From positions 1 to 52,819 of the IMG/VR virus record IMGVR_UViG_3300024520_000098: 52,819 bases of DNA. One strand, given 5' to 3'. The translations under genes were made by a program, and so were the position numbers. Shown piece after piece: positions 1-9,587 of the stretch (positions are counted from its first letter, which is position 1; the number at the start of each line of letters is the position of its first letter). The stretch comes from a virus. Taxonomy: Duplodnaviria > Caudoviricetes. Below the pieces are notes generated by a model. The model made no database searches and was not told the origin of the DNA. It saw only the letters and a list, made by a program, of their open reading frames with translations.

Positions 1-2
1 GC

Positions 3-267
3 GTGTAATACAAGTGTAATACAGGTGTAATACACCTATTCGAGGGAAGGATTGCTGTACGGTGGGGAAGACTCTTCAGATACGAACGACAGACGAGCTA
101 TACGAGGAGTTTTGCCGTCTACGCGATGAAGGCAGATTCTCGTCAAACACTTTTTTGGAGACGCTGATTAGTGAATATATTAAGTCAGCTTGTAATACAC
201 CTGTAATACAACACGACTTGGCTCCAGTACCACGAATTGAGTCAGAGTGTAATACAGTTGTAATACA
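3..267. repeat. Iteron/operator array: 7 copies of near-palindromic TGTAATACA at 11-bp spacing (4-12, 15-23, 26-34; 191-199, 202-210; 248-256, 259-267)
   Basis: Exact 9-mer copies seen upstream of and inside the initiator gene, followed by an AT-richer tract (~305-375); lambda-O-like origin layout. Confidence 0.85.
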
Positions 268-814
268 CCCAAAATCCCTTTCCCCCCAGACCCCCCTATC
301 CCTACTGAACGTAACAAATATAAGTAGTAACAGTAGTTCTCTAATGGGGACTACTAGTTCTACTCTTAATAGGGACAGGGTAGATTCACTAGAACTCTTT
401 ATGGAGGAGTCATGGCCTGGACTGGTAGGAGAGGCTGAGACGCTCTCTGCATGGATACAAAGCTGTTCCAACGCCTACCCCGGAGTAGACCTCCTGAGAG
501 AGGCGAAAGCAGCCTTAGCGTGGACCCTGGAGAAGCCTGGGAATGAGAGGAAAGCTATCCGGCAGTTTCTAAGGAACTGGTGGAGGAAGGCTATGCCCAA
601 GGATGACATCTCAGGGATAGCGGCAGAGAAGTGGCTTCGCATGAATAACAGCAAGCCTGACTACTTGCTGAAGAGCTTCCTGCGGGGCAAGGATATATCA
701 GAGACGTATGTGCATAGATTCGTGAGCTATCAGCAAGTGAAGCCACCATCGAGCGCTACAGAGGTTGTGAGGTTGTACAGAGACAATATGTATGAGCAGC
801 ACATGCTGCTCTAA
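62..814 (+). CDS. Phage replication initiator / replisome organiser with RHH-like N-terminus
   Basis: GTG start; N-term KTLQIRTTDELYEEF..FLETLISEY is RHH-like; C-term YPGVDL..W..P..RK..FLRNW resembles phage initiator C-domains; contains iterons; directly upstream of DnaB. Confidence 0.7.
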   Translation: MGKTLQIRTTDELYEEFCRLRDEGRFSSNTFLETLISEYIKSACNTPVIQHDLAPVPRIESECNTVVIHPKSLSPQTPLSLLNVTNISSNSSSLMGTTSSTLNRDRVDSLELFMEESWPGLVGEAETLSAWIQSCSNAYPGVDLLREAKAALAWTLEKPGNERKAIRQFLRNWWRKAMPKDDISGIAAEKWLRMNNSKPDYLLKSFLRGKDISETYVHRFVSYQQVKPPSSATEVVRLYRDNMYEQHMLL

Positions 815-829
815 GGAAGGTGTGGGGAA

Positions 830-2116
830 ATGGGTTCAGATAATTCAGAGAGGGCGTTGCTCGCCCTTTGTCTGAGAAGACCAGAGTCAGTGGATGACGC
901 GCTGTCTCATGGGATTAAAGCGAGCTACTTCGGTAGCGGCAAACATAGGCTGCTATGGAAGGGGTTCGCGGAAGACAGAGCAAGAGGCATAGGGCCAGAT
1001 GAGGCTACCCTCTATGACAGACATGAGTCGTATGTAGGCGAAGGAAGAATCTTTGATTCGTGGAAGAGCTTTAACGACTTCATCAAAGAGCTAAAGGTGT
1101 CACCTTCTTCCAAGCATAGCCTGAGTGGGTATGTGGAAAAAATCGCGGAATCAGCGAGAAGGCGGCAGATAGTAGGGGCGGCTCAAAGCCTCATAGCTAT
1201 GGAGCAAGATAGCTACTCGATGGAGTCGATACTGGAGGAGGCGTCTAAGATAACGTCTGCGTCTAACTGGGCTCCTGAAGGAGCGTCAGACCCGCTGCTC
1301 GCCTATGACATCGTAGAGGATTACTTCGATGAGCTAGAGGCGCAGAGGAGGGGTGAGCGAGCTACAACGCTAGTCCTTACCGGCGTAAAGGCATTGGATG
1401 ACATTCTTATAGTGCGTCCAGGGCAGATGGTTGTTGTGGGGGGTAGGCCCAAGCAGGGCAAGACGCATTTGACGATCTCCATATTGAAAAATATCGCGAA
1501 GATCTACTCCAAGCCCGCGCTGATGATTTCAGCAGAAATGGGGAGGGGGCAGCTAGGAGAGCGCATGGCTACCTCGGGAGCGAAGATGGGGATGACGCTG
1601 GGAGAGGCGCAAAGCGCAAGGGAGCTAGTCCTTGAACAATGGCAAGGGGTGCCGCTCTACTTCGATGACAAGCCGAAAAGCGTTAACTCAGCAATCACAG
1701 CTATACGAACAGCTAAGAGAAACCTGGGGATATGCGTAGCGGCAGTGGACTACTTGCAGCTTCTGAAGATGGGGAACGAGTCCAGCAGAGAGAGACAGGT
1801 TGCAGAGGCGTCGTCCTCGCTGAAGAGACTTGCTATGGAGCTAGATATTCCCATCTTTGTAGTCGCCCAGCTAAACAGAAAAGCAGACTACCGGGATAAC
1901 AAGAGACCCGTCCTTAGCGACCTACGAGACTCAGGTCAGATTGAACAGGACGCTGATGCGGTCGCCTTCGTCTATAGACCAGCATCATACGATGACGAGT
2001 ATGAGCCCAAGAGCGACGTAGAGGTGATCGTCAGGGCGCAGAGAAACGGACCCACAGGAACCGCTCGCTGTCACTGGGAGCCGGGAGAGGGGTGGTTTCA
2101 AGATGTCAGAGACTGA
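830..2116 (+). CDS. dnaB: Replicative DNA helicase, DnaB family
   Basis: Walker A GRPKQGKT, SAEM, VDYLQLL, AQLNR, RPVLSDLRDSGQIEQDAD, QRNGPTG. Confidence 0.96.
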   Translation: MGSDNSERALLALCLRRPESVDDALSHGIKASYFGSGKHRLLWKGFAEDRARGIGPDEATLYDRHESYVGEGRIFDSWKSFNDFIKELKVSPSSKHSLSGYVEKIAESARRRQIVGAAQSLIAMEQDSYSMESILEEASKITSASNWAPEGASDPLLAYDIVEDYFDELEAQRRGERATTLVLTGVKALDDILIVRPGQMVVVGGRPKQGKTHLTISILKNIAKIYSKPALMISAEMGRGQLGERMATSGAKMGMTLGEAQSARELVLEQWQGVPLYFDDKPKSVNSAITAIRTAKRNLGICVAAVDYLQLLKMGNESSRERQVAEASSSLKRLAMELDIPIFVVAQLNRKADYRDNKRPVLSDLRDSGQIEQDADAVAFVYRPASYDDEYEPKSDVEVIVRAQRNGPTGTARCHWEPGEGWFQDVRD

Positions 2117-2519
2117 GCTAATCACACACCTGCTCTCCTATAAGCGAGGAAACAAGGTCTGCGAAGTACACCCTATTGATAGGAATGAATGGCGCTCATG
2201 GGCAGCTTCTGTCTATGCACAGTCGGTAAGAGAAGCAGAAACATCGAGTGCGGAGCTTCCCATGCTCATCGCCTCGTGGATGGCTATGCGAGCCAAGAGG
2301 CATGGATGGGAAGACCTCTTCTGCAATTGGGCAGACAGAGCGCATAAGTATGGGCTTCCAGACAAGGCATCGTTTGGGAGACATGTATTTCTGGACCTGG
2401 ATAAAAGGCTGCTCTCGGAAGAGAGATACAACCAAGCCTTTCGATCATTCAAAGATAACTACGAGGAAGCGATGGGCTACCCGGTATCAAAGAGTTCACT
2501 AGCTGATAAGGAGACGTAG
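2103..2519 (+). CDS. Hypothetical protein
   Basis: Tightly packed between dnaB and ruvC-like genes. Confidence 0.7.
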   Translation: MSETELITHLLSYKRGNKVCEVHPIDRNEWRSWAASVYAQSVREAETSSAELPMLIASWMAMRAKRHGWEDLFCNWADRAHKYGLPDKASFGRHVFLDLDKRLLSEERYNQAFRSFKDNYEEAMGYPVSKSSLADKET

Positions 2520-2521
2520 AG

Positions 2522-3018
2522 ATGAAGACATACATAGGAATTGACCCAGGGCTATCTGGGGCAATGGTTGCTGTAAACGGAGACGGAGAGGTTGTTGGAC
2601 AACTCGTCATGCCAAGGACAAGCGGCAGCAAGGGTCCGCTGGACGTTAAGTGCATCCTCGCTTGGCTGGTTGAGGTAAAGGGAGGCTCTACGGTGACAGC
2701 CTCGCTGGAGCGAGTATCAACTAGGCCAGGACAGTCAGCTACGTCCACTCTTACAAGCGGGGTGAACTGGGGCAGGCTAGACGCTCTCCTTACCGCGCTT
2801 GGAGTTCGATACGACACCCCAACCCCGCAGCAATGGAAGCGCAAGCTAGGGCTACCCAAGAGGCCAGCTAAGGAGCGGCAGCGGTCAAAAATGGATGCCG
2901 TAGAGCTAGCTGGTAATCTCTTTCCAGCCTGGAGCTTATGCCAGGAAAGAAAACCACTCCTCACGACGGGCTTGCAGACGCAGCCCTGATTGCGGAATAC
3001 GCGAGAAGAACACTTTGA
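2522..3018 (+). pseudogene. ruvC: RuvC-like Holliday junction resolvase, frameshifted near 2927 (in-frame ORF stops at 2989; true C-terminus in -1 frame ends 3018)
   Basis: N-term YIGIDPGLSGA, SLE, PQQWK; the -1 frame encodes LELMPGKKTTPHDGLADAALIAEYARRTL*, carrying the C-terminal catalytic Asp motif. Confidence 0.8.
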
Positions 3019-3024
3019 TACCTG

Positions 3025-3052
3025 TTGACGCAAGCACAATCACTGTTATTGT
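3025..3052 (+). promoter_or_regulatory. Putative sigma70-type promoter (TTGACG-16 bp-TATTGT, extended -10 TG)
   Basis: Consensus-like hexamers in the intergenic gap before RBS GGAGG and ATG 3073. Confidence 0.55.
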
Positions 3053-3072
3053 GTCGGAGAAATGGAGGACGC

Positions 3073-3381
3073 ATGTTCGACCCTACTGACCTTACCGTAA
3101 AGGACGCTCGCTCTAGACTCAGCGAGCTTTCTATGGATGACCTTTCCGCCGTTATGAAGCTAGAGGTAGACGGTAAGCACCGATCATCCCTTATCGCTGA
3201 TATTGGCAGGGCTATTGACGCCCTAAAAACCGCTGAAGAGGAGGAGCCGATGGTAGAGGCTCTTGCTCCCACGCCGCCTGAGTACGAGACGATTACGCTA
3301 GAGCAATACTTCAGTCTAAAGCGCTTGCAGAAAAGAACGTGGGAGCGCGCAGCAGACGGGAGCTTTAGGAGGTTGCGATGA
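3073..3381 (+). CDS. Hypothetical protein (small helical N-terminal domain)
   Basis: GGAGG RBS before ATG 3073; ATGA overlap with next gene. Confidence 0.75.
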   Translation: MFDPTDLTVKDARSRLSELSMDDLSAVMKLEVDGKHRSSLIADIGRAIDALKTAEEEEPMVEALAPTPPEYETITLEQYFSLKRLQKRTWERAADGSFRRLR

Positions 3382-3776
3382 AGACTTGCACTGTATGCAA
3401 GAAGTCTAAAGGCTTAATAGGATTCCATAAGGACAGTCGGATTAAGAGTGGTTATCGCTCTTCCTGCAAGGACTGTGTTTCTAAGTGGACCTTTGAGCAG
3501 ACAGGCAAAGAGCCTGTCCGAGATCCAAGCATTACTCATAAGGACTGCCCTCGCTGCGAGCGAGAAAATCGCCCGCACCTTCACCCGGTATCCAACTTCG
3601 GCCTAGCTCGTCGCCGGATAGACGGGCTTAACTCGTGGTGCAAGCGCTGCTGCGTAGAGGTGTCGTCTGCGTGGCAACAGACAGAGGTGGGCAAGCAGAA
3701 GCATGCAGAGGCCGTTAATCGGTATCGCCAGAGGGCGCAGACCGCTAGGCTTAGGTCAGCGTCTGATGGGGGGTAA
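3378..3776 (+). CDS. Zinc-binding protein with two CxxC...CxxC modules
   Basis: KTCTVCK..F..D..SGY.S.CKDC and CPRC..F..DGL.SWCKRC, like the Zn modules preceding phage HNH/EndoVII nucleases; no catalytic domain seen. Confidence 0.75.
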   Translation: MKTCTVCKKSKGLIGFHKDSRIKSGYRSSCKDCVSKWTFEQTGKEPVRDPSITHKDCPRCERENRPHLHPVSNFGLARRRIDGLNSWCKRCCVEVSSAWQQTEVGKQKHAEAVNRYRQRAQTARLRSASDGG

Positions 3777-4248
3777 AAATAAAGGCGCGGTAGACATCCC
3801 GTCATTCGCCTCTGACGAGGATAGGTACGAGTGGGAAGTGGACCAGCGCTTTTACTCGATGGATAAAATGGACAGGTGGGTGTCTGCGGAAGGCATTCAA
3901 ACGATAGGACCCCCCATTCCCCCAGGAGCCTCTGTCTTCCACGGAGGTAATTCTCCAAAAGAAGCGTTTAGGCTTGCTGATGAAGAGGGCTACCTAGCCT
4001 GTCGCCCAGCGTCAGAGATTCTAGGTTGTCACTACAAAACGGTTCGCAGGCTTGCAGATAGGCTTGAGTGGTTAACAATCGCTTACTCTACCTACGACGG
4101 TAAGGTTAAAGGAACTCGTTATCATTGCCGGATGTTGCGAAAGAAAGAGCTTCGCTCTCTTAAAAAGCAGTACAAGGATCGCGTGAAGGGGATGGAAAAG
4201 GGTGGCAACAAAAAGACAACGGCAGCAAACATTCGCAGAACTGGCTGA
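3766..4248 (+). CDS. HTH DNA-binding protein, possible terminase small subunit
   Basis: ASEILGCHYKTVRRL is HTH-like; immediately upstream of and overlapping TerL; start uncertain. Confidence 0.55.
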   Translation: MGGKNKGAVDIPSFASDEDRYEWEVDQRFYSMDKMDRWVSAEGIQTIGPPIPPGASVFHGGNSPKEAFRLADEEGYLACRPASEILGCHYKTVRRLADRLEWLTIAYSTYDGKVKGTRYHCRMLRKKELRSLKKQYKDRVKGMEKGGNKKTTAANIRRTG

Positions 4249-6142
4249 GCTAGAACTTACGTCAGGCAAGCACACTAACTTCGCTGTCTTTGCAGAGAAG
4301 TACCAGCGCATCCAAACGAAGTCAGGCGAGCTTGTTCCATTCAAGCTGAACAGGTCTCAGCTTCTCCGCGAGAAGATGCTGGTCGAGATGGAAGAGGCTG
4401 GACTGCCCCTTCGCGTCTGGGAGGCAAAGGCCAGACAGGCTGGCTGTAGTACGCATATACAGGGGAGAATGTTTTGGAAGTGCGTCACCAATAGAGACGA
4501 GGCGGCTCTTATCGCCGCCCATGCAGACCACTCAGTTCACAATATCTTTACAAAAGCTAAGATATTCCATGACAATTTGCCTGGAAACCTTCGCCCTCTA
4601 ACGAAGTACAACAACAGGAACGAGCTAGACTTTAGGGCTCCTGCCGGCGCTACCGGGCTTAGAAGCAGGCTTAGTGTGATGACCGCTAAGAGCGTTGAAG
4701 ATGCTCGCGGAACCACTGCTCGTCAGGTGCATGCGTCAGAGGTTGCGTTCTACAAGCGTCCCGAAGAATACTTCCTTGCTACCTTGCAGTCAGTTCCTGA
4801 CCAGCCGGGGACGATGGTCTATTCAGAGTCTACGTGTAACGGTTCTGGCGACTTTCATCACACGATGTATTTGAGCGCAAGAGTGTGGGGAGGGGAGCCC
4901 TACCCTTGGATGACTCTGAAGAAGAAGCACCCTGGAGATCCAGACTCAGCTTGGTATGCGTACTTCACTCCCTGGTTCCTCGTTGAGGAGTATGAGAGGC
5001 CCCTTTCTTGTTCAGAGAAAGAGTTTAAGGATTCTCTTAATCTGGAGGAGCAGAACCTCCTAGAAGAGTTTGGCGAGTGGATAACGTTTGAAGGACTTTC
5101 CTGGCGACGGGCAACCATTGCCACTAAGTGCGGAGGCTCAGTCGAGCGCTTCCATCAAGAATACCCGTCTACAGATGAGGAGGCTTTTTCTGCGTCAGGG
5201 CACCCTGTGTTTGACAGGGCTCTTATCGAGCGACAAAAGAACGACTTCGCTTGCTGGTGCGAGATGTGCCTTCCTCACTCTGGAGCAACAAAGCCGGACG
5301 GGAACTCTTGCCCAGAGCATGGGTGGTACGAGATTCAGGACACGGCGGTTGGCGTTTCTGGTCGTGAGCGAATGTTCTCCACCTACAAGCCAGCGGTAGA
5401 GAAGACCTCTCAGGGAGCAGGAAGGCTGTCTATCTGGGAAGACCCCATTCCAGGCACTAGGTATGTGATAGGGGTTGATGTTAGCAAGGGGGAATACTCT
5501 AAAGATTGGGACCACGCTTTCATTGTGAACCTAGCTACCCTTGAGCAGGCTGCTGAGTGGCGCGGTCGAGTAGACCTAAACGACTTGTCTGAAGTCTGCC
5601 TTCTTCTCTGCGCCCACTACAATAATGCGATTCTTGCACCGGAGGTTACGGGGCTTGGCGCTGGGCTGCTCGCCATTCTTGAGCGGGCTAGGTACTGGAA
5701 TCTATACAGGCGAGTGACGGTAGACACGATTGGAGGCCCTACTGTGATGCTTGGCTGGGACACCAATAGGAAGACCAAGCCCGCAATGGTGAGCTTGATG
5801 CAGAAAGCCCTGAGAGAGGACTACATCAAGATTCGGTCAAAGAAGGTTCTTGAAGAGATGGGCGCGTACACAAAGACGATTCTTTACAGCAAGTCTGGGA
5901 TGGACGACAACACCGCAAAGATGTCTGCTCCGTCAGGGAAAAACGATGACGCCTGCGTTGCAGCAATGATTGGCAACGCTGTTTCTCACTACACCCCTGG
6001 GGGGCTAACGAAGGCTGGCAACGTAGAGGAGAATAAGACAACACCTCTGGACCACAGGAAGTGGAGCAGCGACGATTGGGATGTCTACGAGAGGGCTGCT
6101 ATGAAATCAGCTAGAAGGCTCTCAGGTAAGAGGCGGCAATAG
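4202..6142 (+). CDS. terL: Terminase large subunit
   Basis: KARQAGCST (Walker A), VHASEVAF (Walker B), ESTCNG, FHQEYP, IGVDVSKG, KNDDACVA nuclease motifs. Confidence 0.93.
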   Translation: MATKRQRQQTFAELAELELTSGKHTNFAVFAEKYQRIQTKSGELVPFKLNRSQLLREKMLVEMEEAGLPLRVWEAKARQAGCSTHIQGRMFWKCVTNRDEAALIAAHADHSVHNIFTKAKIFHDNLPGNLRPLTKYNNRNELDFRAPAGATGLRSRLSVMTAKSVEDARGTTARQVHASEVAFYKRPEEYFLATLQSVPDQPGTMVYSESTCNGSGDFHHTMYLSARVWGGEPYPWMTLKKKHPGDPDSAWYAYFTPWFLVEEYERPLSCSEKEFKDSLNLEEQNLLEEFGEWITFEGLSWRRATIATKCGGSVERFHQEYPSTDEEAFSASGHPVFDRALIERQKNDFACWCEMCLPHSGATKPDGNSCPEHGWYEIQDTAVGVSGRERMFSTYKPAVEKTSQGAGRLSIWEDPIPGTRYVIGVDVSKGEYSKDWDHAFIVNLATLEQAAEWRGRVDLNDLSEVCLLLCAHYNNAILAPEVTGLGAGLLAILERARYWNLYRRVTVDTIGGPTVMLGWDTNRKTKPAMVSLMQKALREDYIKIRSKKVLEEMGAYTKTILYSKSGMDDNTAKMSAPSGKNDDACVAAMIGNAVSHYTPGGLTKAGNVEENKTTPLDHRKWSSDDWDVYERAAMKSARRLSGKRRQ

Positions 6143-6685
6143 CTTGTAGTAGCCTCGTCTGGTTGAAGTGATTGTGTCGTAGTTGCTGTAAACAACTTTC
6201 TGAACGTGCTTCCTATCAACGCCTACGCTTTTAATTATCTCTGCGAGCTTCGTCTCACCGTTGTCTTTTAGATAGCTAACAATAGAGCTATAGATTGATT
6301 CTTCGCTCGGCTCTTCAGAGACTTCTTCGCCGTCATGCTTGTAGGTCGTAACTCCTAGCTTGGACTTCCCTGGTTCCTTGCTGGTTCCGTCATCCACAAC
6401 CAAGCGTCCAGCCACTGCTGCTTGCCGATCTCTTTCGGCTTTACTAGAGAACTCCATTCCACGAATCTCAGGGCTTGACGTTCTTCCCCACTTTCCTCGG
6501 ATCGTAAGGTCCGCAGGAGCAGAATCGGGTGGGTATATGCGGGTGGCTCCCAGCCTTCCGCAAACAACGCATCTACAGTCTCTGAAGTCATCAGCCTTAC
6601 TTCTCATGTAGAGGTCTGGTTTTGTGTGCCAGTCAAAAAGCCTGTCACACAAATCGGAACTGCACTGCATCGGATATATAGCCAT
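6122..6685 (-). CDS. FmdB-like zinc-ribbon protein with C-terminal wHTH-like segment
   Basis: MAIYPMQCSSDLC...CVVCG; coupled to the portal stop (TAATG), where such genes often lie in podoviruses. Confidence 0.7.
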   Translation of the reverse strand: MAIYPMQCSSDLCDRLFDWHTKPDLYMRSKADDFRDCRCVVCGRLGATRIYPPDSAPADLTIRGKWGRTSSPEIRGMEFSSKAERDRQAAVAGRLVVDDGTSKEPGKSKLGVTTYKHDGEEVSEEPSEESIYSSIVSYLKDNGETKLAEIIKSVGVDRKHVQKVVYSNYDTITSTRRGYYKLLPPLT

Positions 6686-8679
6686 TAAAACCCACCTCTT
6701 GTCTGTAAATGTTGAATGAGTCCAGCGGTGCCCGATTGGGCGTTGCCAGACTGCTCACCTCTTGGCCCTGTCCCAGCAAGGCTTTCTCCATTCTGAGGGT
6801 TGAGCCCCATGCTTTCAACCCCTTCTGGCCCAACTTGTCCTTCGGCGGTTGGTTGTGCTTGTAGACCAGCGCCTCCCATTGCAGCCCCCTGTAGTTGAGA
6901 CAGCGGCCCAACAAGAGCCTGTCTGTCTTGACGCCACACGCTAAAGGCTTGGTCCATGAAGTTTTGAATGGAGTCGGGGGGTAGGATTCCTCCCTGAACC
7001 AACGGCATCATGGTTCCCATAACCTGCTGCATGGTTTGCAGTAGACCAAGGAATGCCTGCTGTTCCTCCGCTGGATTAACCGGAAGGGTTGAGCCAGCCT
7101 GCACATTCACGTCGTAGTACCCCTGAATGTCTGACGAAGTGAACGCGATGAACTCATCCTCTCCATCTGAGCCGTTGATTCTCAGGTATCTCGTTTCGTC
7201 CCAGTATTGGCGAATGATGGAGAGAATCTTTCTGGATATGTGAGAGACAAACCTCTCGGTTGCCTCAAGGCGTACCCCGACTCGGCCCTGAGTTGCGGCA
7301 GAGGCGATAGCTACTTCTGTAGCAGTGGTTCCCTTTCGGCTTGCCCCTCCTCGCTGGAACGAATCGACTCCGCTGATTTCGTACATCATCTTTTGGAGAC
7401 CGCTTATAACCATAGATGTCGTTGAGGGAGGCGGTGCTTCGGGAAGAATCATAAGAGCGTCTTGGATTCTTGCTACACCAGCGGGAATCTCGGCAACCTC
7501 CATGTCTTCTTCAGACTCAAGGAGTGCTGTTAGCTGCCCGCCCTCAAGAACCCCAGGCATGGCGACAAACTTGCGTCGAGAGGAGAGCCGGTGGTGCCTA
7601 AGAACGTAAGCCCACTCGTCGTTTAGCCTGTTGGATATTCCTCGAATGGAGGATAGGTCTGATACATGTGTGCTGTAGAAGGAGTCGGGGACATCAATAA
7701 ACTTGAGTGTCTCGTATGGGTAGCCTTTCATCTCTATCGGATCATCAATGTGTCGAAGGACGGAATCCATAGAGTCGCCAGACCCTGGGTTCTTGGTGAG
7801 CCACATTATCCGTCGCCGCATCCCATTCTCTGAGTTAGCCCAATACCTAAGCTCGTAGATAACTACATAATCAGGAGCAATCTCGGGCTCTCCGGTGATG
7901 TTGTCTTCTGTTGAGCCAAGCGATTCTGGGACAGCATCTGACAGCCAAGAGTCAGGCTTTATGTCTTCTGGCACATCGAATCGGTCGTCTGCGCGAAGGT
8001 CGTCTAGTCGGACAACAAGTCTTTCAGCGACCCAAGGGCATTGGTTTAGGTCTGTATATCCTGGGGGTACAATTAGGTTCCACGGAGCTACTCGCGTAAG
8101 CATTGGATTGTCGTTTGGCCCCTCGTCAAAAGAAAGCTGTTCGTTCCCAAGGAAGTCTCTAAGTCTTCGTTGCTGAGCCTTGCTTATGGGGTCTTTGCCC
8201 TCACCCGGCATTTCCTGCTCTGGCCCGGTGTCGTAATCCTCTTGGGGGAAGAACGCATCGCTCGGGTCGTATCCAACCTTCCCGAATCCAAGTCCGAACA
8301 AGAGGGCGTCTAAGACAATCTTTCTAGTTGTCTGGTTCGCACCTATCTCATTCCAGATGTAGTTCAGGGCTCCCTGGGCAATCCTTGCGGAATCTTTATC
8401 TCCCGGCCTTCTCGGCTTCACATAGATATATGGATTAGCGGAGATAACCCCTGGAAGAATTGTGTTTGCGTTAGACAGGAGGAAGTTGAACTTAACCTCT
8501 CCCTCGCTGTCTCCGTAGAAATCAAGGCCCCCGCTTTGTGACGGGATTGCTGAGTAGTCCTGCTGCACCGCTCTCCAGTACGGAAGATGGTTCTCTTCTA
8601 AAACTTGCTCTGAAGAGTCAATCTTTTGGAGCCATAGCTCTACTGATTCGTGGTCAATTTCTATTTTAGAGTCAGTCAT
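6685..8679 (-). CDS. Portal protein (P22/T7-like podovirus type)
   Basis: 664 aa; DALLFGLGFGKVGY, EISGV, TATEV motifs; Q/G-rich C-terminal tail; lies between TerL and scaffold. Confidence 0.88.
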   Translation of the reverse strand: MTDSKIEIDHESVELWLQKIDSSEQVLEENHLPYWRAVQQDYSAIPSQSGGLDFYGDSEGEVKFNFLLSNANTILPGVISANPYIYVKPRRPGDKDSARIAQGALNYIWNEIGANQTTRKIVLDALLFGLGFGKVGYDPSDAFFPQEDYDTGPEQEMPGEGKDPISKAQQRRLRDFLGNEQLSFDEGPNDNPMLTRVAPWNLIVPPGYTDLNQCPWVAERLVVRLDDLRADDRFDVPEDIKPDSWLSDAVPESLGSTEDNITGEPEIAPDYVVIYELRYWANSENGMRRRIMWLTKNPGSGDSMDSVLRHIDDPIEMKGYPYETLKFIDVPDSFYSTHVSDLSSIRGISNRLNDEWAYVLRHHRLSSRRKFVAMPGVLEGGQLTALLESEEDMEVAEIPAGVARIQDALMILPEAPPPSTTSMVISGLQKMMYEISGVDSFQRGGASRKGTTATEVAIASAATQGRVGVRLEATERFVSHISRKILSIIRQYWDETRYLRINGSDGEDEFIAFTSSDIQGYYDVNVQAGSTLPVNPAEEQQAFLGLLQTMQQVMGTMMPLVQGGILPPDSIQNFMDQAFSVWRQDRQALVGPLSQLQGAAMGGAGLQAQPTAEGQVGPEGVESMGLNPQNGESLAGTGPRGEQSGNAQSGTAGLIQHLQTRGGF

Positions 8680-8755
8680 TTTTAAGTTGGGCCTTGACAG
8701 GGGTTGCAGATTGCTTCTGAATTACTTTTACGCGGTTTCTACGCAGGAGGTACAG

Positions 8756-9574
8756 ATGACAAATGTTGTTTCCGACAACTTTGAGGAGACCCTCGATACA
8801 GAGGATAACTCCGATGAGATCGGTTTTGAGAACAATGGTGTCGAAGAAGATGGTTACGCAGGACACGAGCAAGAAGCAAGCTCGGAAGACAATGGAGACG
8901 CTTTTTGGAACGGCAATCCAGAGGAGCTTTCTGAAGACCTAAAGCCCGTTTACAAGAACATGCAGGCTGCTTTTACAAAGAGGATGCAACGAGCATCCGA
9001 CTTGGAGCAGAAATACATGGATTCTATTGAGGCGGCTAACGCTGTCTTGGTGAACGGTCGAGGTCAGGGAGCACCCCAGGAGAACGCGCCGGTCGAGGAA
9101 GTTAGAGATGTTCCAGACATGTCTAAGGGCGCTAAGCCCGAAGAGGTTATTAATTACTACGTTCAGCAAGCTGTTGGCGAAGCAATTAAGAAGTCTGGAA
9201 TCAGTTCCGTTGTTGACCAAGTGCAGCCGCTTGCTAATCAGCAGAAGGTCGTTTCGGCCTATCAACAATATGCTGCTGAAAATCCAGGGATAAACCACGA
9301 GGCCATTGCTGGTCAGGTGGGGAGTATCTTGGATACTAATGCGGACCTTGGCGCTCTCGCAGCAACCAATCCAGGCGCTGCTATTCGTATTGCTGCTCAA
9401 ATGGCTCAATCGAATGTGGCAACTAAAAACAAACGTTCTAAAGAAAAACAACGCCGTCAGGCTGCTCCTGTCTCTGCTAGACAGGGCTCGGTTAAATCAA
9501 GGCGAAAAGAGTCTATGCTCGATGCCGCGACCCGTGCCCTGCAAGAGGTTGGGCTTCAACCAGATGGCTTCTAA
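8756..9574 (+). CDS. Capsid scaffolding protein
   Basis: AGGAGG RBS before ATG 8756; acidic N-term, YKNMQAAFTKRMQ coiled coil, basic C-term; precedes MCP. Confidence 0.8.
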   Translation: MTNVVSDNFEETLDTEDNSDEIGFENNGVEEDGYAGHEQEASSEDNGDAFWNGNPEELSEDLKPVYKNMQAAFTKRMQRASDLEQKYMDSIEAANAVLVNGRGQGAPQENAPVEEVRDVPDMSKGAKPEEVINYYVQQAVGEAIKKSGISSVVDQVQPLANQQKVVSAYQQYAAENPGINHEAIAGQVGSILDTNADLGALAATNPGAAIRIAAQMAQSNVATKNKRSKEKQRRQAAPVSARQGSVKSRRKESMLDAATRALQEVGLQPDGF

Positions 9575-9587
9575 CTAGGAGAAAGCC

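Noticed and set aside
6122-8700. Site-specific invertible (phase-variable) segment
   Set aside because: No flanking inverted repeats or recombinase gene seen; the tail-to-tail gene overlap suggests a fixed arrangement.
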